Assembly (NCBI GenBank): GCA_023267215.1
Contig: JAHFNS010000002.1
Location: 192,892-256,891, forward strand
Direction: 5' to 3'
Source: Candidatus Nomurabacteria bacterium
GTDB lineage: Bacteria; Patescibacteriota; Minisyncoccia; Phycocordibacterales; UBA9973
Length of the DNA: 64,000 nt
Part shown: in pieces, positions 53,928 through 63,204 of the stretch
How positions within the stretch are numbered: position 1 is the stretch's first letter
Layout: the number at the start of each line of letters is the position of its first letter
The notes under the pieces: generated by a model
Told to the model about the DNA's origin: nothing
The model's input: only the letters and a program-made list of their open reading frames with translations
Database searches by the model: none
Made by a program: the position numbers and the translations under genes

Positions 53928-54356
53928 TCATAAAATAATATCACTTACCACTTTTACCCTCGCTTTTCTCTCTTTTAAGCATAAATATACAACCAATAAA
54001 TCAACTTGCCATTCAACATTTTCTGGAACATTTTTATGTAAAAGATAAGTTTGTATTGTCCTTGAGAGTCTTTTAAGTTTCCATGGATGCATATTGTCTT
54101 CTGGTCTATGCTCATATCTTTCGTCGGAATCATTATAAGATTTTGGTATAAAAGTACTTAAAGTTTCTCGTGAAACACTCTTTACTTCAATAAAATAGAG
54201 TTTATGGTCCTTTTCAGTCACAATATCTATTTCTCCCCATTTCTTAGTATAATTACGGTCTAATATAGAAAAATCATGTTTCATGAGAAACTTTGTTGCT
54301 ATATTCTCACCCAACTCTCCTATTTTTTGTTTTTCTGAAGTAAAAACTTTTGGCAT
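53928..54356 (-). CDS. YraN-family (UPF0102) PD-(D/E)xK endonuclease-like protein
   Basis: GELGENIATKFL...ILDRNY...GEIDIVTEK...YFIEVKS is the YraN pattern. Confidence 0.65.
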   Translation of the reverse strand: MPKVFTSEKQKIGELGENIATKFLMKHDFSILDRNYTKKWGEIDIVTEKDHKLYFIEVKSVSRETLSTFIPKSYNDSDERYEHRPEDNMHPWKLKRLSRTIQTYLLHKNVPENVEWQVDLLVVYLCLKERKARVKVVSDIIL

Positions 54357-54605
54357 AATCTTTAAGTTTCATAAGAAACACTCAAAATCCTACCACGTGA
54401 AACATTTTTCATTAATTTGATGTCTTTTATTAAAATATCCTTATTTTTCAACATATTTTTAATAAAAAGGACCTAAAAGACAAATTTTTTTGATGTCCTT
54501 TATAAACATTATTAACATAGTTATCCACAGTTTTCCACAAAATCCTTATAAATTAAGTTATAAATAAAGGACAGTGTGTGAACAAACCTTTCTGGCTTTC
54601 TCTTG

Positions 54606-54677
54606 TGCACCCGGAGGGATTCGAACCCCCAACAACTGCTTCGAAGGCAGGTATGATATCCATTTCACTACGGGTGC
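54606..54677 (-). tRNA. tRNA-Arg (anticodon TCG)
   Basis: Reverse complement GCACCCGTAGTGAAATGGATATCATACCTGCCTTCGAAGCAGTTGTTGGGGGTTCGAATCCCTCCGGGTGCA. Anticodon loop CTTCGAA. Confidence 0.85.
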
Positions 54678-54822
54678 AATCTTATTAATTATACATCATT
54701 TTAAAAAATATCAAAATATGCTTATTTTATAAGGTTAGAATAAAAAATTGCAATATGTTAAATAACATAATATAATTAGATTAATAAGATAGTTTAAAGG
54801 TCTTATTATTAAATATAACTTA

Positions 54823-54893
54823 GCGGTTATGGTTTAGTGGTAGAACACGTCCTTGCCAAGGATGAGACGGGAGTTCGATTCTCCCTAGCCGCA
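54823..54893 (+). tRNA. tRNA-Gly (anticodon GCC)
   Basis: GCGGTTATGGTTTAGTGGTAGAACACGTCCTTGCCAAGGATGAGACGGGAGTTCGATTCTCCCTAGCCGCA. Anticodon loop TTGCCAA. Confidence 0.9.
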
Positions 54894-54904
54894 CAGAATT
54901 ATAG

Positions 54905-56575
54905 ATGGCCTCTATAGAAACAAAAAACTTAATATCTAAAATTCCCAAGGAAGTTTCACATGTAACAGAGACCTTAGAAAAGGCCGGTTTTGAGGCATAT
55001 TTAGTCGGTGGTTGTGTACGAGACCTAGTGATAGGTAGGGAACCAAAAGATTGGGATGTGACAACTAACGCCAGACCAGATCAAATAATCAGTTTATTTG
55101 AGAAAACTGTATATGAAAACAATTTTGGGACGGTTATAGTGGTTCTCCCCCTGCTAAGGGGGAGTGGTTCGGTAAACCGAACCGAGGGGGTGGTTTCACG
55201 AGAAACAGACTCCTCCTCAATTCTCCCCTTTGCAGGGGAGGAAAATATACTAATAGAAGTTACACCATATAGAACAGAGGCAAAATATACTGATTTTAGG
55301 CATCCAGACGAGGTTTTGTTTAGCGATAATTTAGAAGATGATCTTAAAAGACGTGATTTTACAGTAAATGCAATGGCCTATAGAAATGGAAGCATAACGG
55401 ACATGTTTGATGGTCTAAAGGACATCAAAGAAAAAGTGTTAAAGACAGTAGGGGAAGCAGATCATAGATTTACAGAAGATGCTCTTAGAATGCTTAGAGC
55501 TATAAGAATAGCTTTACAACTTGATTTTTCTGTTTCTCATGAAACAACTGAAAGCATCATAAAGAATGCAGATTTAATAAAAAAAATATCACCAGAAAGA
55601 ATTCGAGATGAATTTGTAAAAATAATTTTATCCCCAAATCCATCTGTCGGAATAGTGATGTTGGAAAAATTTGGTTTATTAAAAAATATTGTTCCTGAAT
55701 TGGAAGAGGGAATAAATTGCGAACAAGGAGGGGAGCATATTTATGATGTTTGGAATCATTTACTTCATGCATTACAGCATGCTGCAGACAAAAACTGGCC
55801 TTTGGAAATAAGGCTTGCTGCGCTTTTTCATGATATTGGGAAACCCCGAGCTCGTAGGTTGGCAGAGTTGACGAATAATTTAGCATGGTCTGGCCGGGAT
55901 AGGGACCCGGGGATCCGAGGACCTGATAAATTATTTGGCAACCCTGCCAACAAGAAGAAATATACTTTTTATGGTCATGAAGTTGTGAGTGCAAAAATGA
56001 CAAAAAAAATAATGGAGAAGTTAAAATTTTCAAGAAAAGAAATTGATTTGACCGAAAAACTTGTTCGTAACCATATGTTTTTTTCCGACACAGAACAGAT
56101 TACACTTTCTGCTGTCAGGAGAATAATTACGAAAGTTGGTGCTGAAGATGTGTGGTCTCTAATGAATGTGCGTGAATGTGACAGAGTCGGGATGAAGAAA
56201 AAAGAAGCACCATATCGTTTACGAAAATATTTTGCCATGATAGAAGAAGCATTGCATGATCCTATCTCTGTTGGACAACTCAAAATAGATGGGGAATTTA
56301 TGATAAAAGAGCTCTGTATTGCACCAGGTCCTCGTATGGGATGGATATTGAATGCACTTCTTGAAGAAGTGTTAGATGACCCAGCAAAAAATACAGAAAA
56401 ACATTTGAGTGAACTCGTTAAATCTTTAAATATGCTCGGTGACGCAGAATTAAAAACATTGGGGGATAGGGGAAAAGAAAAAAAAGAAGAACTTGAAGAA
56501 AAGGAAGTAGAAAAACTGCATTCTAAGCATGCTGTGTCCTTCGAAGTGAAGCGAAGTAGGAGGGTGAAAAAATAA
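54905..56575 (+). CDS. cca: CCA-adding enzyme / tRNA nucleotidyltransferase with HD domain, carrying in-frame hairpin insertions and a K/E-rich C-terminal extension
   Basis: Pol-beta nucleotidyltransferase motif GGCVRDLVIGREPKDWDVTT. HD motif HDIGK. Insertions encode LPLLRGSGSVNRTEGVVSRETDSSSILPFAGEE and AWSGRDRDPGIRGPDKL. Confidence 0.85.
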   Translation: MASIETKNLISKIPKEVSHVTETLEKAGFEAYLVGGCVRDLVIGREPKDWDVTTNARPDQIISLFEKTVYENNFGTVIVVLPLLRGSGSVNRTEGVVSRETDSSSILPFAGEENILIEVTPYRTEAKYTDFRHPDEVLFSDNLEDDLKRRDFTVNAMAYRNGSITDMFDGLKDIKEKVLKTVGEADHRFTEDALRMLRAIRIALQLDFSVSHETTESIIKNADLIKKISPERIRDEFVKIILSPNPSVGIVMLEKFGLLKNIVPELEEGINCEQGGEHIYDVWNHLLHALQHAADKNWPLEIRLAALFHDIGKPRARRLAELTNNLAWSGRDRDPGIRGPDKLFGNPANKKKYTFYGHEVVSAKMTKKIMEKLKFSRKEIDLTEKLVRNHMFFSDTEQITLSAVRRIITKVGAEDVWSLMNVRECDRVGMKKKEAPYRLRKYFAMIEEALHDPISVGQLKIDGEFMIKELCIAPGPRMGWILNALLEEVLDDPAKNTEKHLSELVKSLNMLGDAELKTLGDRGKEKKEELEEKEVEKLHSKHAVSFEVKRSRRVKK

Positions 56576-56678
56576 AAATACAAAAATAGATACTTTTTCA
56601 CGGCTCGCACTCGAACCTGAAAATGGTTTACGAAACTAATATTGCGTATGCCAAAAAAAGTATCTATTTTTGTATTTT
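56573..56678. repeat. Conserved-core hairpin element, copy 3
   Basis: ~25-bp arms AAAAATACAAAAATAGATACTTTTT / AAAAAGTATCTATTTTTGTATTTTT enclose core tcACGGCTCGCACTCGAACCTGAAAATGGTTTACGAAACTAATATTGCGTATGCCa. Sits directly after the cca stop. Confidence 0.7.
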
Positions 56679-56679
56679 T

Positions 56680-56976
56680 CTACTCACCACTTTCACTGAT
56701 AGAAAAATCGTCAAAATCATTTTTGGCTTCGTGCCAAGAAACAGAAAAATTTTCTATCGGAGATAATAGAAAAAATCTTTTTTTCCCAGTTTGTAATTTT
56801 CTCATAAAAAAAAGAAGATTTTGTTCTTCTCCTTCTGCTACAACTTTTATACTGCCATCATTTTTAACAAAAGCGACACCTTTTAATTCTAGGTTAATAG
56901 CATGATTATAAATCCATAATAGATAATCATAATTTAAATTTCTTCCCCACATTAAACATTCTATACATTTTTGCAT
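56680..56976 (-). CDS. Acylphosphatase-like protein (true start probably an internal Met)
   Basis: LKGVAFVKNDGSIKVVAEGEE resembles the acylphosphatase beta-alpha-beta fold signature. ~90 aa. Confidence 0.5.
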   Translation of the reverse strand: MQKCIECLMWGRNLNYDYLLWIYNHAINLELKGVAFVKNDGSIKVVAEGEEQNLLFFMRKLQTGKKRFFLLSPIENFSVSWHEAKNDFDDFSISESGE

Positions 56977-57032
56977 AAGATTTTTTTAAGCTGGGCTTAA
57001 GGAAACTCTCTCCTAAGCCCAGCTTAGGGGCA

Positions 57033-58712
57033 TTAATATATCTCTTGATTATAACATTTTTCGCAATAAATTGTTTCAGGACGATCGGGGGAATATGAAG
57101 TTTCGAATTCATTTACGCAGCCTTCCTTCATACATTTTCTATGCCAGAGCTTACGAGGATTTCTCTTAGACATTCTTTCTTTGTGCCTACATTCGAAATC
57201 TTTATGAGGCAAGGGAAGATTCATCCTTTTATAAAAACTTAATTCTGCTTGAGTGATTCTAAAATTTTTATTACATTCTTCACAGACTAAAATTTCATTT
57301 AATATTTTTTCATCAACCTCTTCTATGGTATTAGGGATTTCCCCATCTTTTATTGTTTCCTTTCCATATGTGCCTGTCATTTTCTCTTGCCAAGTGAAGC
57401 CTCTTTTTATTGCTTCGTCTTTAGTGAGTGGAAAAAAGTCGTGAGCTAAAGTTTCATTGTAACAATATGGAGCAAGGCTAGTAGGGAAATATTGTCCGAA
57501 GGTTCCATCTTTTTTTAATTCATTTTCAATATGTTCTTTTGTTTTAAAGTATTCATCTTTGGTGTAAGTTTTATTTAAAATCATATATTCTCCTTTACGA
57601 ATTGCAGTACAACCTATGCCACTAGTTAAGTTCCAACAACTTTCGCAATATTCTAATTCGTTCGAAGAAAAAACGAAGGAACAATTTTTACATTTACTGA
57701 TTTGCATTGCGCCCATTATATTGTAATTGAATTCACACTTGTAATAATAATTGTTGCAATCCCAGCTATCCGTCGGATTCTCTGTATCGGTCACATAAGA
57801 GCAATTCTTCGCATCGTAAGTGTCATAAAGCATTAAGCCTTGATGGCAGTTGTGTAAATAATCGCCAATAACATTATTGCATTTAGTTTGGCAGGCGTAT
57901 TTTACAATAGTTTTTTTCTTTAAATCGGCAAATTCCTTTTTAGCCTCTTGAATACTTTCGTAGCTTGCAAGGATTTCCGCTTTTTTCTTTTCATATTCTT
58001 CCTTGGTGTACTTAACATTTAAAATTGCGTTAGATAGGTGTCTACCATTTGTACAGAAAATACAATTGCTCGAGTCACGCATGTTGTAACAAAATAATAA
58101 ATCAGTAGAAGACTGACATTGTTCGACGAACATGCACTTAAAACAATTTCGACAATCTATACATTCATAACAAAGTTCTGATTCGTGGAGGAATGCACAG
58201 TCAACACAGAATTTGTCTCGCTGGAGGAGTCTGCTATACATACAGTCTTCATTGTAGTCAGCCGCAAAAATAAGATAGCAATCTTTATTCTCGGCGGAGC
58301 CATTGGTATAATCGCTTCTCACATTATTTACGACCATAATGCCGAGTCTTGGAACTTTTTCTAATAGTTCTTTTAGTTGAGTGAAAAAAGGTTTGTTGAA
58401 ATCGTAATCCATCGCATAACTTTTCGGATCCCATTCGTCGCTCCACCAACAATTGTGACAATATACTTTATAATTTGAATCGTTTCTATAAAGAGAAATA
58501 AAATCTTTTTTGCATAAATCACATTGTCTTTTATAAAAAGTTCTTTCATTACGAAAAATCAATCGTCTAGCCATACGACAATCTGGACAATCGAGGGGAG
58601 GGACGATCTTCATCTGCTCATAAAAAGTAAGATCTTCTTTTCTTATTTCAAAATCCTTATTACATGTTTTGCAAACCGCAGGTACTGAGCCTGTCGAATG
58701 TATTTTATTCAT
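57033..58712 (-). CDS. Cys-rich hypothetical protein with internally repeated CxxC zinc-ribbon-like modules at both termini
   Basis: More than 40 Cys, mostly as CxxC pairs. N-terminal CKTCNKDFEIRKEDLTFYEQMKIVPPLDCPDC is mirrored by C-terminal CEECNKNFRITQAELSFYKRMNLPLPHKDFEC. Confidence 0.5.
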   Translation of the reverse strand: MNKIHSTGSVPAVCKTCNKDFEIRKEDLTFYEQMKIVPPLDCPDCRMARRLIFRNERTFYKRQCDLCKKDFISLYRNDSNYKVYCHNCWWSDEWDPKSYAMDYDFNKPFFTQLKELLEKVPRLGIMVVNNVRSDYTNGSAENKDCYLIFAADYNEDCMYSRLLQRDKFCVDCAFLHESELCYECIDCRNCFKCMFVEQCQSSTDLLFCYNMRDSSNCIFCTNGRHLSNAILNVKYTKEEYEKKKAEILASYESIQEAKKEFADLKKKTIVKYACQTKCNNVIGDYLHNCHQGLMLYDTYDAKNCSYVTDTENPTDSWDCNNYYYKCEFNYNIMGAMQISKCKNCSFVFSSNELEYCESCWNLTSGIGCTAIRKGEYMILNKTYTKDEYFKTKEHIENELKKDGTFGQYFPTSLAPYCYNETLAHDFFPLTKDEAIKRGFTWQEKMTGTYGKETIKDGEIPNTIEEVDEKILNEILVCEECNKNFRITQAELSFYKRMNLPLPHKDFECRHKERMSKRNPRKLWHRKCMKEGCVNEFETSYSPDRPETIYCEKCYNQEIY

Positions 58713-58833
58713 AATTTATTTATATATTAATAATAATCCTTTTTTCCTGTCCCGTACTAAGTTTTACTTTAGTACCGGGATTAACTTTATAAAGCCGAGA
58801 AAGAATTTTGTGATTCTTTCTCGATTCTAAAAA

Positions 58834-59274
58834 TTAACTTCTCGATGAAAATAAAGAACCTATTTCTTCTTCATTTACTGAATAACTTACGTCCTTTTTG
58901 GGATTTGGATTTGGAATTGGTATTGCCCAGAGCTCGAATACCTTTTCCCCGGAGTTGAGAGCTTCTTGTTTTTTTTCTTCTATATATTGTAAATCTCCGC
59001 GAGATTTAACAGTATTAAGGGGGTCTTTATAATGAAGTTCTTTACCATCAAACCATCCACAACGTTCTTGAATAACATAATGAGCGCAAATAGGAAATTT
59101 TAGATGTAAATCTAGTAAAACATAATCAAAAGTATTAAAAACATCGATAGATATTTTTTTTACTTGTTCTGTAGTGAGAACAACAACTTCCCGGTCTTTT
59201 GATTTTAGTAATAAGTTTCCGATACTTTCTTTTGTCTCTTTGTCTGAAATTACTAAAATTTTTAAAGCTTTCAT
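58834..59274 (-). CDS. Hypothetical protein
   Basis: ORF preceded by strong SD AAGGAG (revcomp at 59281-59286) and consensus promoter. Confidence 0.5.
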   Translation of the reverse strand: MKALKILVISDKETKESIGNLLLKSKDREVVVLTTEQVKKISIDVFNTFDYVLLDLHLKFPICAHYVIQERCGWFDGKELHYKDPLNTVKSRGDLQYIEEKKQEALNSGEKVFELWAIPIPNPNPKKDVSYSVNEEEIGSLFSSRS

Positions 59275-59321
59275 TTTAGGCTCCTTTTTAAGTTATAAAT
59301 AACATTTATTGTTCTGAGGGT

Positions 59322-59350
59322 AGTATAGCATATTGAGATACGCTTGTCAA
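59322..59350 (-). promoter_or_regulatory. Consensus sigma70 promoter TTGACA-17-TATACT on the minus strand for the 58834-59274 gene
   Basis: Minus-strand TTGACA at 59345-59350 and TATACT at 59322-59327 with a 17-nt spacer. SD and ATG follow. Confidence 0.65.
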
Positions 59351-59416
59351 GTATAATGAGCAAAGAAATTCTAAAATATACTATAATTATAAGGTTAAAA
59401 ATTACTAATGTAAATT

Positions 59417-60268
59417 TTGTTCGCATGGGTTGACAAAATATTAGGCTTGGAATATAATGGATTTATGGAAAATGAGAATTTGAGCTTAAAGAAAACCTTG
59501 GAATATATTGGCTTTTCTGAAAAAGAAGTTTTGGTGTATTTAGCACTGTTAGAATTAGGGAAAGGGACAGTAACACAGATTTCTCGTAAAGCCGGGATAA
59601 ATCGTCCGACCGGATATCATGTTTTGGCTTCACTTGAGTCGAAAGAACTAGTAAAAGTGTCAGGAAAAGAGCCAAAACAAGAGTACGTGGCAGAATCGCC
59701 AGACCAAATTGAAAAAATACTTTTGAAGAAAATTGAAAATGATCAATCTTATATTAACGAAGCTCGAAAAATTATTCCTGAATTAAAGTCAATACATAAT
59801 ATTGCAGATAGACCAAAAGTATTATTTTACGAAGGAAAAGAAGGACTTCAAAAGGTTTACGAAGATACTTTGACTTCTCGTGAAGAGATTCTTGCTTATG
59901 CCAGCGTAGAAGATGTCGAATCGACCTTACCAAATTATTTTCCAGAATATTATAAAAGACGAGCAAAAAAGGGTATAAAGATAAGAGCTATTTTCCCAGA
60001 ATCAAAAGAAGCTAGAAATCGTGCAGATTTAGATGAAGAAGAAATTCGCGAATCACTTTTAATCTCAAGCGAAAAATTTGGTTTTCATCCAGAAATAAAT
60101 ATTTACAACAATAAGATTATGATCGCTTCTTGGCGAGAAAAACTTGGAATCATAATAGAAAGTGCTGAGATTGCGGATGCTATGAAAAAGATATATGAGC
60201 TTGCTTGGGCTGAAGCCAAGAGGCTGGATAAACAAATAGAAGATGATAGTAATAATGTGTTAGAATAA
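59417..60268 (+). CDS. TrmB-family HTH transcriptional regulator (probable true start ATG 59465, MENENLSLKK...)
   Basis: N-terminal winged-helix segment EVLVYLALLELGKGTVTQISRKAGINRPTGYHVLASLESKELV typical of TrmB-like regulators. Confidence 0.6.
   Translation: MFAWVDKILGLEYNGFMENENLSLKKTLEYIGFSEKEVLVYLALLELGKGTVTQISRKAGINRPTGYHVLASLESKELVKVSGKEPKQEYVAESPDQIEKILLKKIENDQSYINEARKIIPELKSIHNIADRPKVLFYEGKEGLQKVYEDTLTSREEILAYASVEDVESTLPNYFPEYYKRRAKKGIKIRAIFPESKEARNRADLDEEEIRESLLISSEKFGFHPEINIYNNKIMIASWREKLGIIIESAEIADAMKKIYELAWAEAKRLDKQIEDDSNNVLE
59430..59458 (+). promoter_or_regulatory. Perfect consensus sigma70 promoter TTGACA-17-TATAAT on the plus strand, inside the 5' end of the ORF-track model of the TrmB-like gene
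   Basis: TTGACA 59430-59435, 17-nt spacer, TATAAT 59453-59458. In-frame ATG at 59465 lies 7 nt downstream, implying a leaderless transcript. Confidence 0.65.
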
Positions 60269-60275
60269 AAAAAAT

Positions 60276-61217
60276 ATGAAGATTGGAATTTTTGATTCGG
60301 GGTTAGGTGGACTTATCATTGCAAAAGCGATACAGAAAGCAATGCCACAATATGACTATGTATATTTAGGAGACACAAAAAGAGTGCCTTATGGGAACAG
60401 ATCTCATGAAGCTGTGTTTGAGTTTACAAAAGAAGGAATAGATTTTTTATTTAAAAAAGAAAATTGTGCCATCGTCATTGTAGCCTGCAACACTGCTTCA
60501 GCTAGAGCTCTTCGTAGAATTCAACAAGAATATTTAGTGGAATACAATGCGACACGGAAAGTGATGGGTGAGTCCGAGAGAAAAATATTAGGTGTTTTAA
60601 TTCCTACTGCCGAAGAGGCAGCTAAATATAAAAGAGTTGGTATATTGGCGACGACAGGCACCGTGAACTCAAATACTTTCCTGACGGAAATTAAGAAAAT
60701 TAATTTAAAAAGAAAAAAGGACTTGCAAAACCCCCTCCTTGTGGAGGAGGGGGCAGGGGGTGGTGATTTAAAAAAGAACCACCTCGCCCTAAAAGGCACT
60801 CCTCCTCAGAAAGGAGGAGAAAATCATTTTACTACTCGAGTCTTTCAAAACTCTGCACCGATGCTTGTGCCTCTCATTGAAGAAGGGGAGAAGGAGCTTG
60901 CTTTTCAATTTATAAAAAAATATTTGAAACCATTTACTACCAAGAAGCTCGATGCATTAGTTCTCGGCTGTACACACTATCCGTTTTACAAAAATGAAAT
61001 TAAAAAAGTTTTGGGTCCAAAAGTGAAAATAATTTCTCAAGACGAAATAATTCCAAAAAAGTTGAAAGAATATTTTGCAAAGCATACAGAAGTTTCAAAA
61101 AAATTGTCACAAAAAAAGACAGCTAAAATTCTCGTCACAGACATAACTCCAAGAGTAAAAGAATTGTCTCAAAAATGGTTTGGTAAAAATACAAAAGTAG
61201 AATTGATAAGATTATAA
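60276..61217 (+). CDS. murI: Glutamate racemase MurI with a ~95-nt in-frame inserted element
   Basis: IGIFDSGLGGL start. Catalytic VIVACNTAS and LGCTHYP motifs. Insertion encodes NPLLVEEGAGGGDLKKNHLALKGTPPQKGGENH. Confidence 0.9.
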   Translation: MKIGIFDSGLGGLIIAKAIQKAMPQYDYVYLGDTKRVPYGNRSHEAVFEFTKEGIDFLFKKENCAIVIVACNTASARALRRIQQEYLVEYNATRKVMGESERKILGVLIPTAEEAAKYKRVGILATTGTVNSNTFLTEIKKINLKRKKDLQNPLLVEEGAGGGDLKKNHLALKGTPPQKGGENHFTTRVFQNSAPMLVPLIEEGEKELAFQFIKKYLKPFTTKKLDALVLGCTHYPFYKNEIKKVLGPKVKIISQDEIIPKKLKEYFAKHTEVSKKLSQKKTAKILVTDITPRVKELSQKWFGKNTKVELIRL

Positions 61218-61392
61218 TAATCTTGACAAAGTTGTGTTTCGTAGTATCATTATTATGAAATAATTGTGGAGGTTTTATATGCATCATATGCATATTCACA
61301 TCGAGACAAAGAAATTGTATATATTGTATTTTATCTTTCTAGCCATCCTAATGCTGGCCATAGTTTTTTCAGAAAAAGGATAAAATACTTAT

Positions 61393-62220
61393 CTAAATTT
61401 CTAAAGATATTGGACAATGATCAGAGCCGAGAACTTCTTTCAAGATCTCGGCTTTTTTTATTTTCTTTTCTAGTTTTTTACTGACGAAAAAATAATCTAT
61501 TCTCCAGCCGATGTTTCTCGCACGAGCATTTGCAAAATGACTCCACCAAGTATAATGTCCGTTGCCTTTGGTAAAAATTCTAAAAGTGTCCACGAATCCT
61601 TTGTTAATCATATTGTCGATACCTTCACGTTCTTCATCTGTGAAACCTTTATTCCCCACATTTTCTTTTGGTCGAGCTAGGTCATCCGGAGTATGTGCCA
61701 CATTCAGATCGCCACAAAATATTACAGGCTTCTTTTTGTTTAACGTTTCTACATAAGCCAGAAATGCAGGGTCCCACACCTTGTGACGTAGGGGAATGCG
61801 AGATAAGTCATCTTTTGCATTTGGAGTGTAGACGTTAATCAAGAAAAAATCTTTATACTCTATCGCTATCACGCGGCCTTCGTTATTCGGATTTCCATAA
61901 CTGTCTTCCGCAAGTTTGTGTTTCTTTGCTATATCTTTAGGAATATCACATATGACAGAGAGAGGTTTCTCTTTTGTGAAAATAGCTGTGCCACTATAAC
62001 CTTTGCGCGTGGCAGAATTCCAATATTCTTCATATCCTTTTATCACCACTTCACTTTGATGTTGCTGTGCCTTTGTTTCTTGTAGGCAAATAATATCGGG
62101 TTTGTACTTCTCGACGAACGGAACAAAAAGATTTTTTTTGTGTACTGCTCGTATTCCATTTACGTTCCATGAAATTATTTTCATAAATTTATTTTTTACT
62201 ATGAAACTTTTTATGTACAT
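61393..62220 (-). CDS. xth: Exodeoxyribonuclease III (AP endonuclease, Xth family)
   Basis: MKIISWNVNGIRA...DIICLQETK. C-terminal SDHCPI catalytic His. Confidence 0.9.
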   Translation of the reverse strand: MYIKSFIVKNKFMKIISWNVNGIRAVHKKNLFVPFVEKYKPDIICLQETKAQQHQSEVVIKGYEEYWNSATRKGYSGTAIFTKEKPLSVICDIPKDIAKKHKLAEDSYGNPNNEGRVIAIEYKDFFLINVYTPNAKDDLSRIPLRHKVWDPAFLAYVETLNKKKPVIFCGDLNVAHTPDDLARPKENVGNKGFTDEEREGIDNMINKGFVDTFRIFTKGNGHYTWWSHFANARARNIGWRIDYFFVSKKLEKKIKKAEILKEVLGSDHCPISLEI

Positions 62221-63157
62221 CTAATAAATGCTTGTCTGTGACGTGAGTGTATATCTGAGTAGTGGCAATGTTCGAGTGTCCAAGCATAATTTGTACCGAG
62301 CGAATGTCTGCACCGTTTGAAAGCAAGTCTGTAGCGAAACAATGCCTGATGACGTGGGGGGTGACCTTCTTTGAGATGCCGGCTTTTATGGCGTATTGTT
62401 TTACAATTCTTTCTATTGATCTTTTTGTCAGCGCACTAGCCATAATCTGATCTTTTGATTTTTGTTTTTTTAGATTTTTATCTAGGTCTGATTTTTTAGA
62501 AACGATTTCTTTTCCGACTTGCACAAATAGAGCTTCTTCCATATCTTTTCGCAAAGCTAAATATTTTTTAATAGCGTTCTTTGCTTCTTCTGATATAAAG
62601 ACGACGCGCACTTTGCCTCCTTTTCCGCGGATAGAAAATTGATCAACCCTTAAGTCTAAGTCATTCGTCAGACTACAAAGCTCGGATACACGAAGTCCTG
62701 TAGAAAAAAGTAATTCCAATATTGCTTTATCACGAAGTGATTTTATATCATCTCCTTTCGGAGCGTCGAGTAGGCGAGAAAGCTCTGTTTGAGAAATGAG
62801 GTCGAGAGATCTCTCTGTGACTTTCGCTAGCTCTATCTGATCTCTCGGCATAGACTTTATGCCTCTTTTGGTCAGATATTTCAAAAATACTCGGAGAGCT
62901 ATCAGGTAATAATTTTGAGTTTTTTTTGATAATGTTGCCCCCGTGGCTCTGTTGTTGCCGGTCGACTGTCTGTTTAGCCAAAGTCTGAATTCTCGCACAG
63001 ATGAGTCTGTGATGTCTTCTCCATCTTTTGCTTTTGAAAAATTTAAATAACGCGTGAGATATCTATCATAGTTTTCGACAGTTTTTAGGCTCGAACCTTT
63101 TTCGATTTCTAGATATTCTAGAAACTCCCTTTTTAATTTTTCTAAGTCAGATGCCAT
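62189..63157 (-). CDS. xerD: Tyrosine site-specific recombinase XerC/XerD family
   Basis: C-terminal catalytic region HVIRHCFATDLLSNGADIRSVQIMLGHSNIATTQIYTHV (R..H..R..Y). N-terminal core-binding domain. Confidence 0.85.
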   Translation of the reverse strand: MASDLEKLKREFLEYLEIEKGSSLKTVENYDRYLTRYLNFSKAKDGEDITDSSVREFRLWLNRQSTGNNRATGATLSKKTQNYYLIALRVFLKYLTKRGIKSMPRDQIELAKVTERSLDLISQTELSRLLDAPKGDDIKSLRDKAILELLFSTGLRVSELCSLTNDLDLRVDQFSIRGKGGKVRVVFISEEAKNAIKKYLALRKDMEEALFVQVGKEIVSKKSDLDKNLKKQKSKDQIMASALTKRSIERIVKQYAIKAGISKKVTPHVIRHCFATDLLSNGADIRSVQIMLGHSNIATTQIYTHVTDKHLLDVHKKFHSKK

Positions 63158-63204
63158 ACAATAATTATATCATGTCGCACAATATATTTCGTTTTTGAGA
63201 AAAT

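Noticed and set aside
55557-56033. Minus-strand 158-aa ORF inside cca that shares the peptide QVLGSPGPYPGQTM with UvrD
   Set aside because: The shared peptide is the family-2 palindromic element read in the opposite orientation. The ORF lies antisense within the well-supported cca gene and is an artefact of the repeat.
59417-59464. TTG start at 59417 for the TrmB-like regulator, as in the ORF track
   Set aside because: A perfect TTGACA-17-TATAAT promoter lies inside this stretch and an in-frame ATG follows it at 59465. The upstream extension is most likely untranslated promoter DNA.
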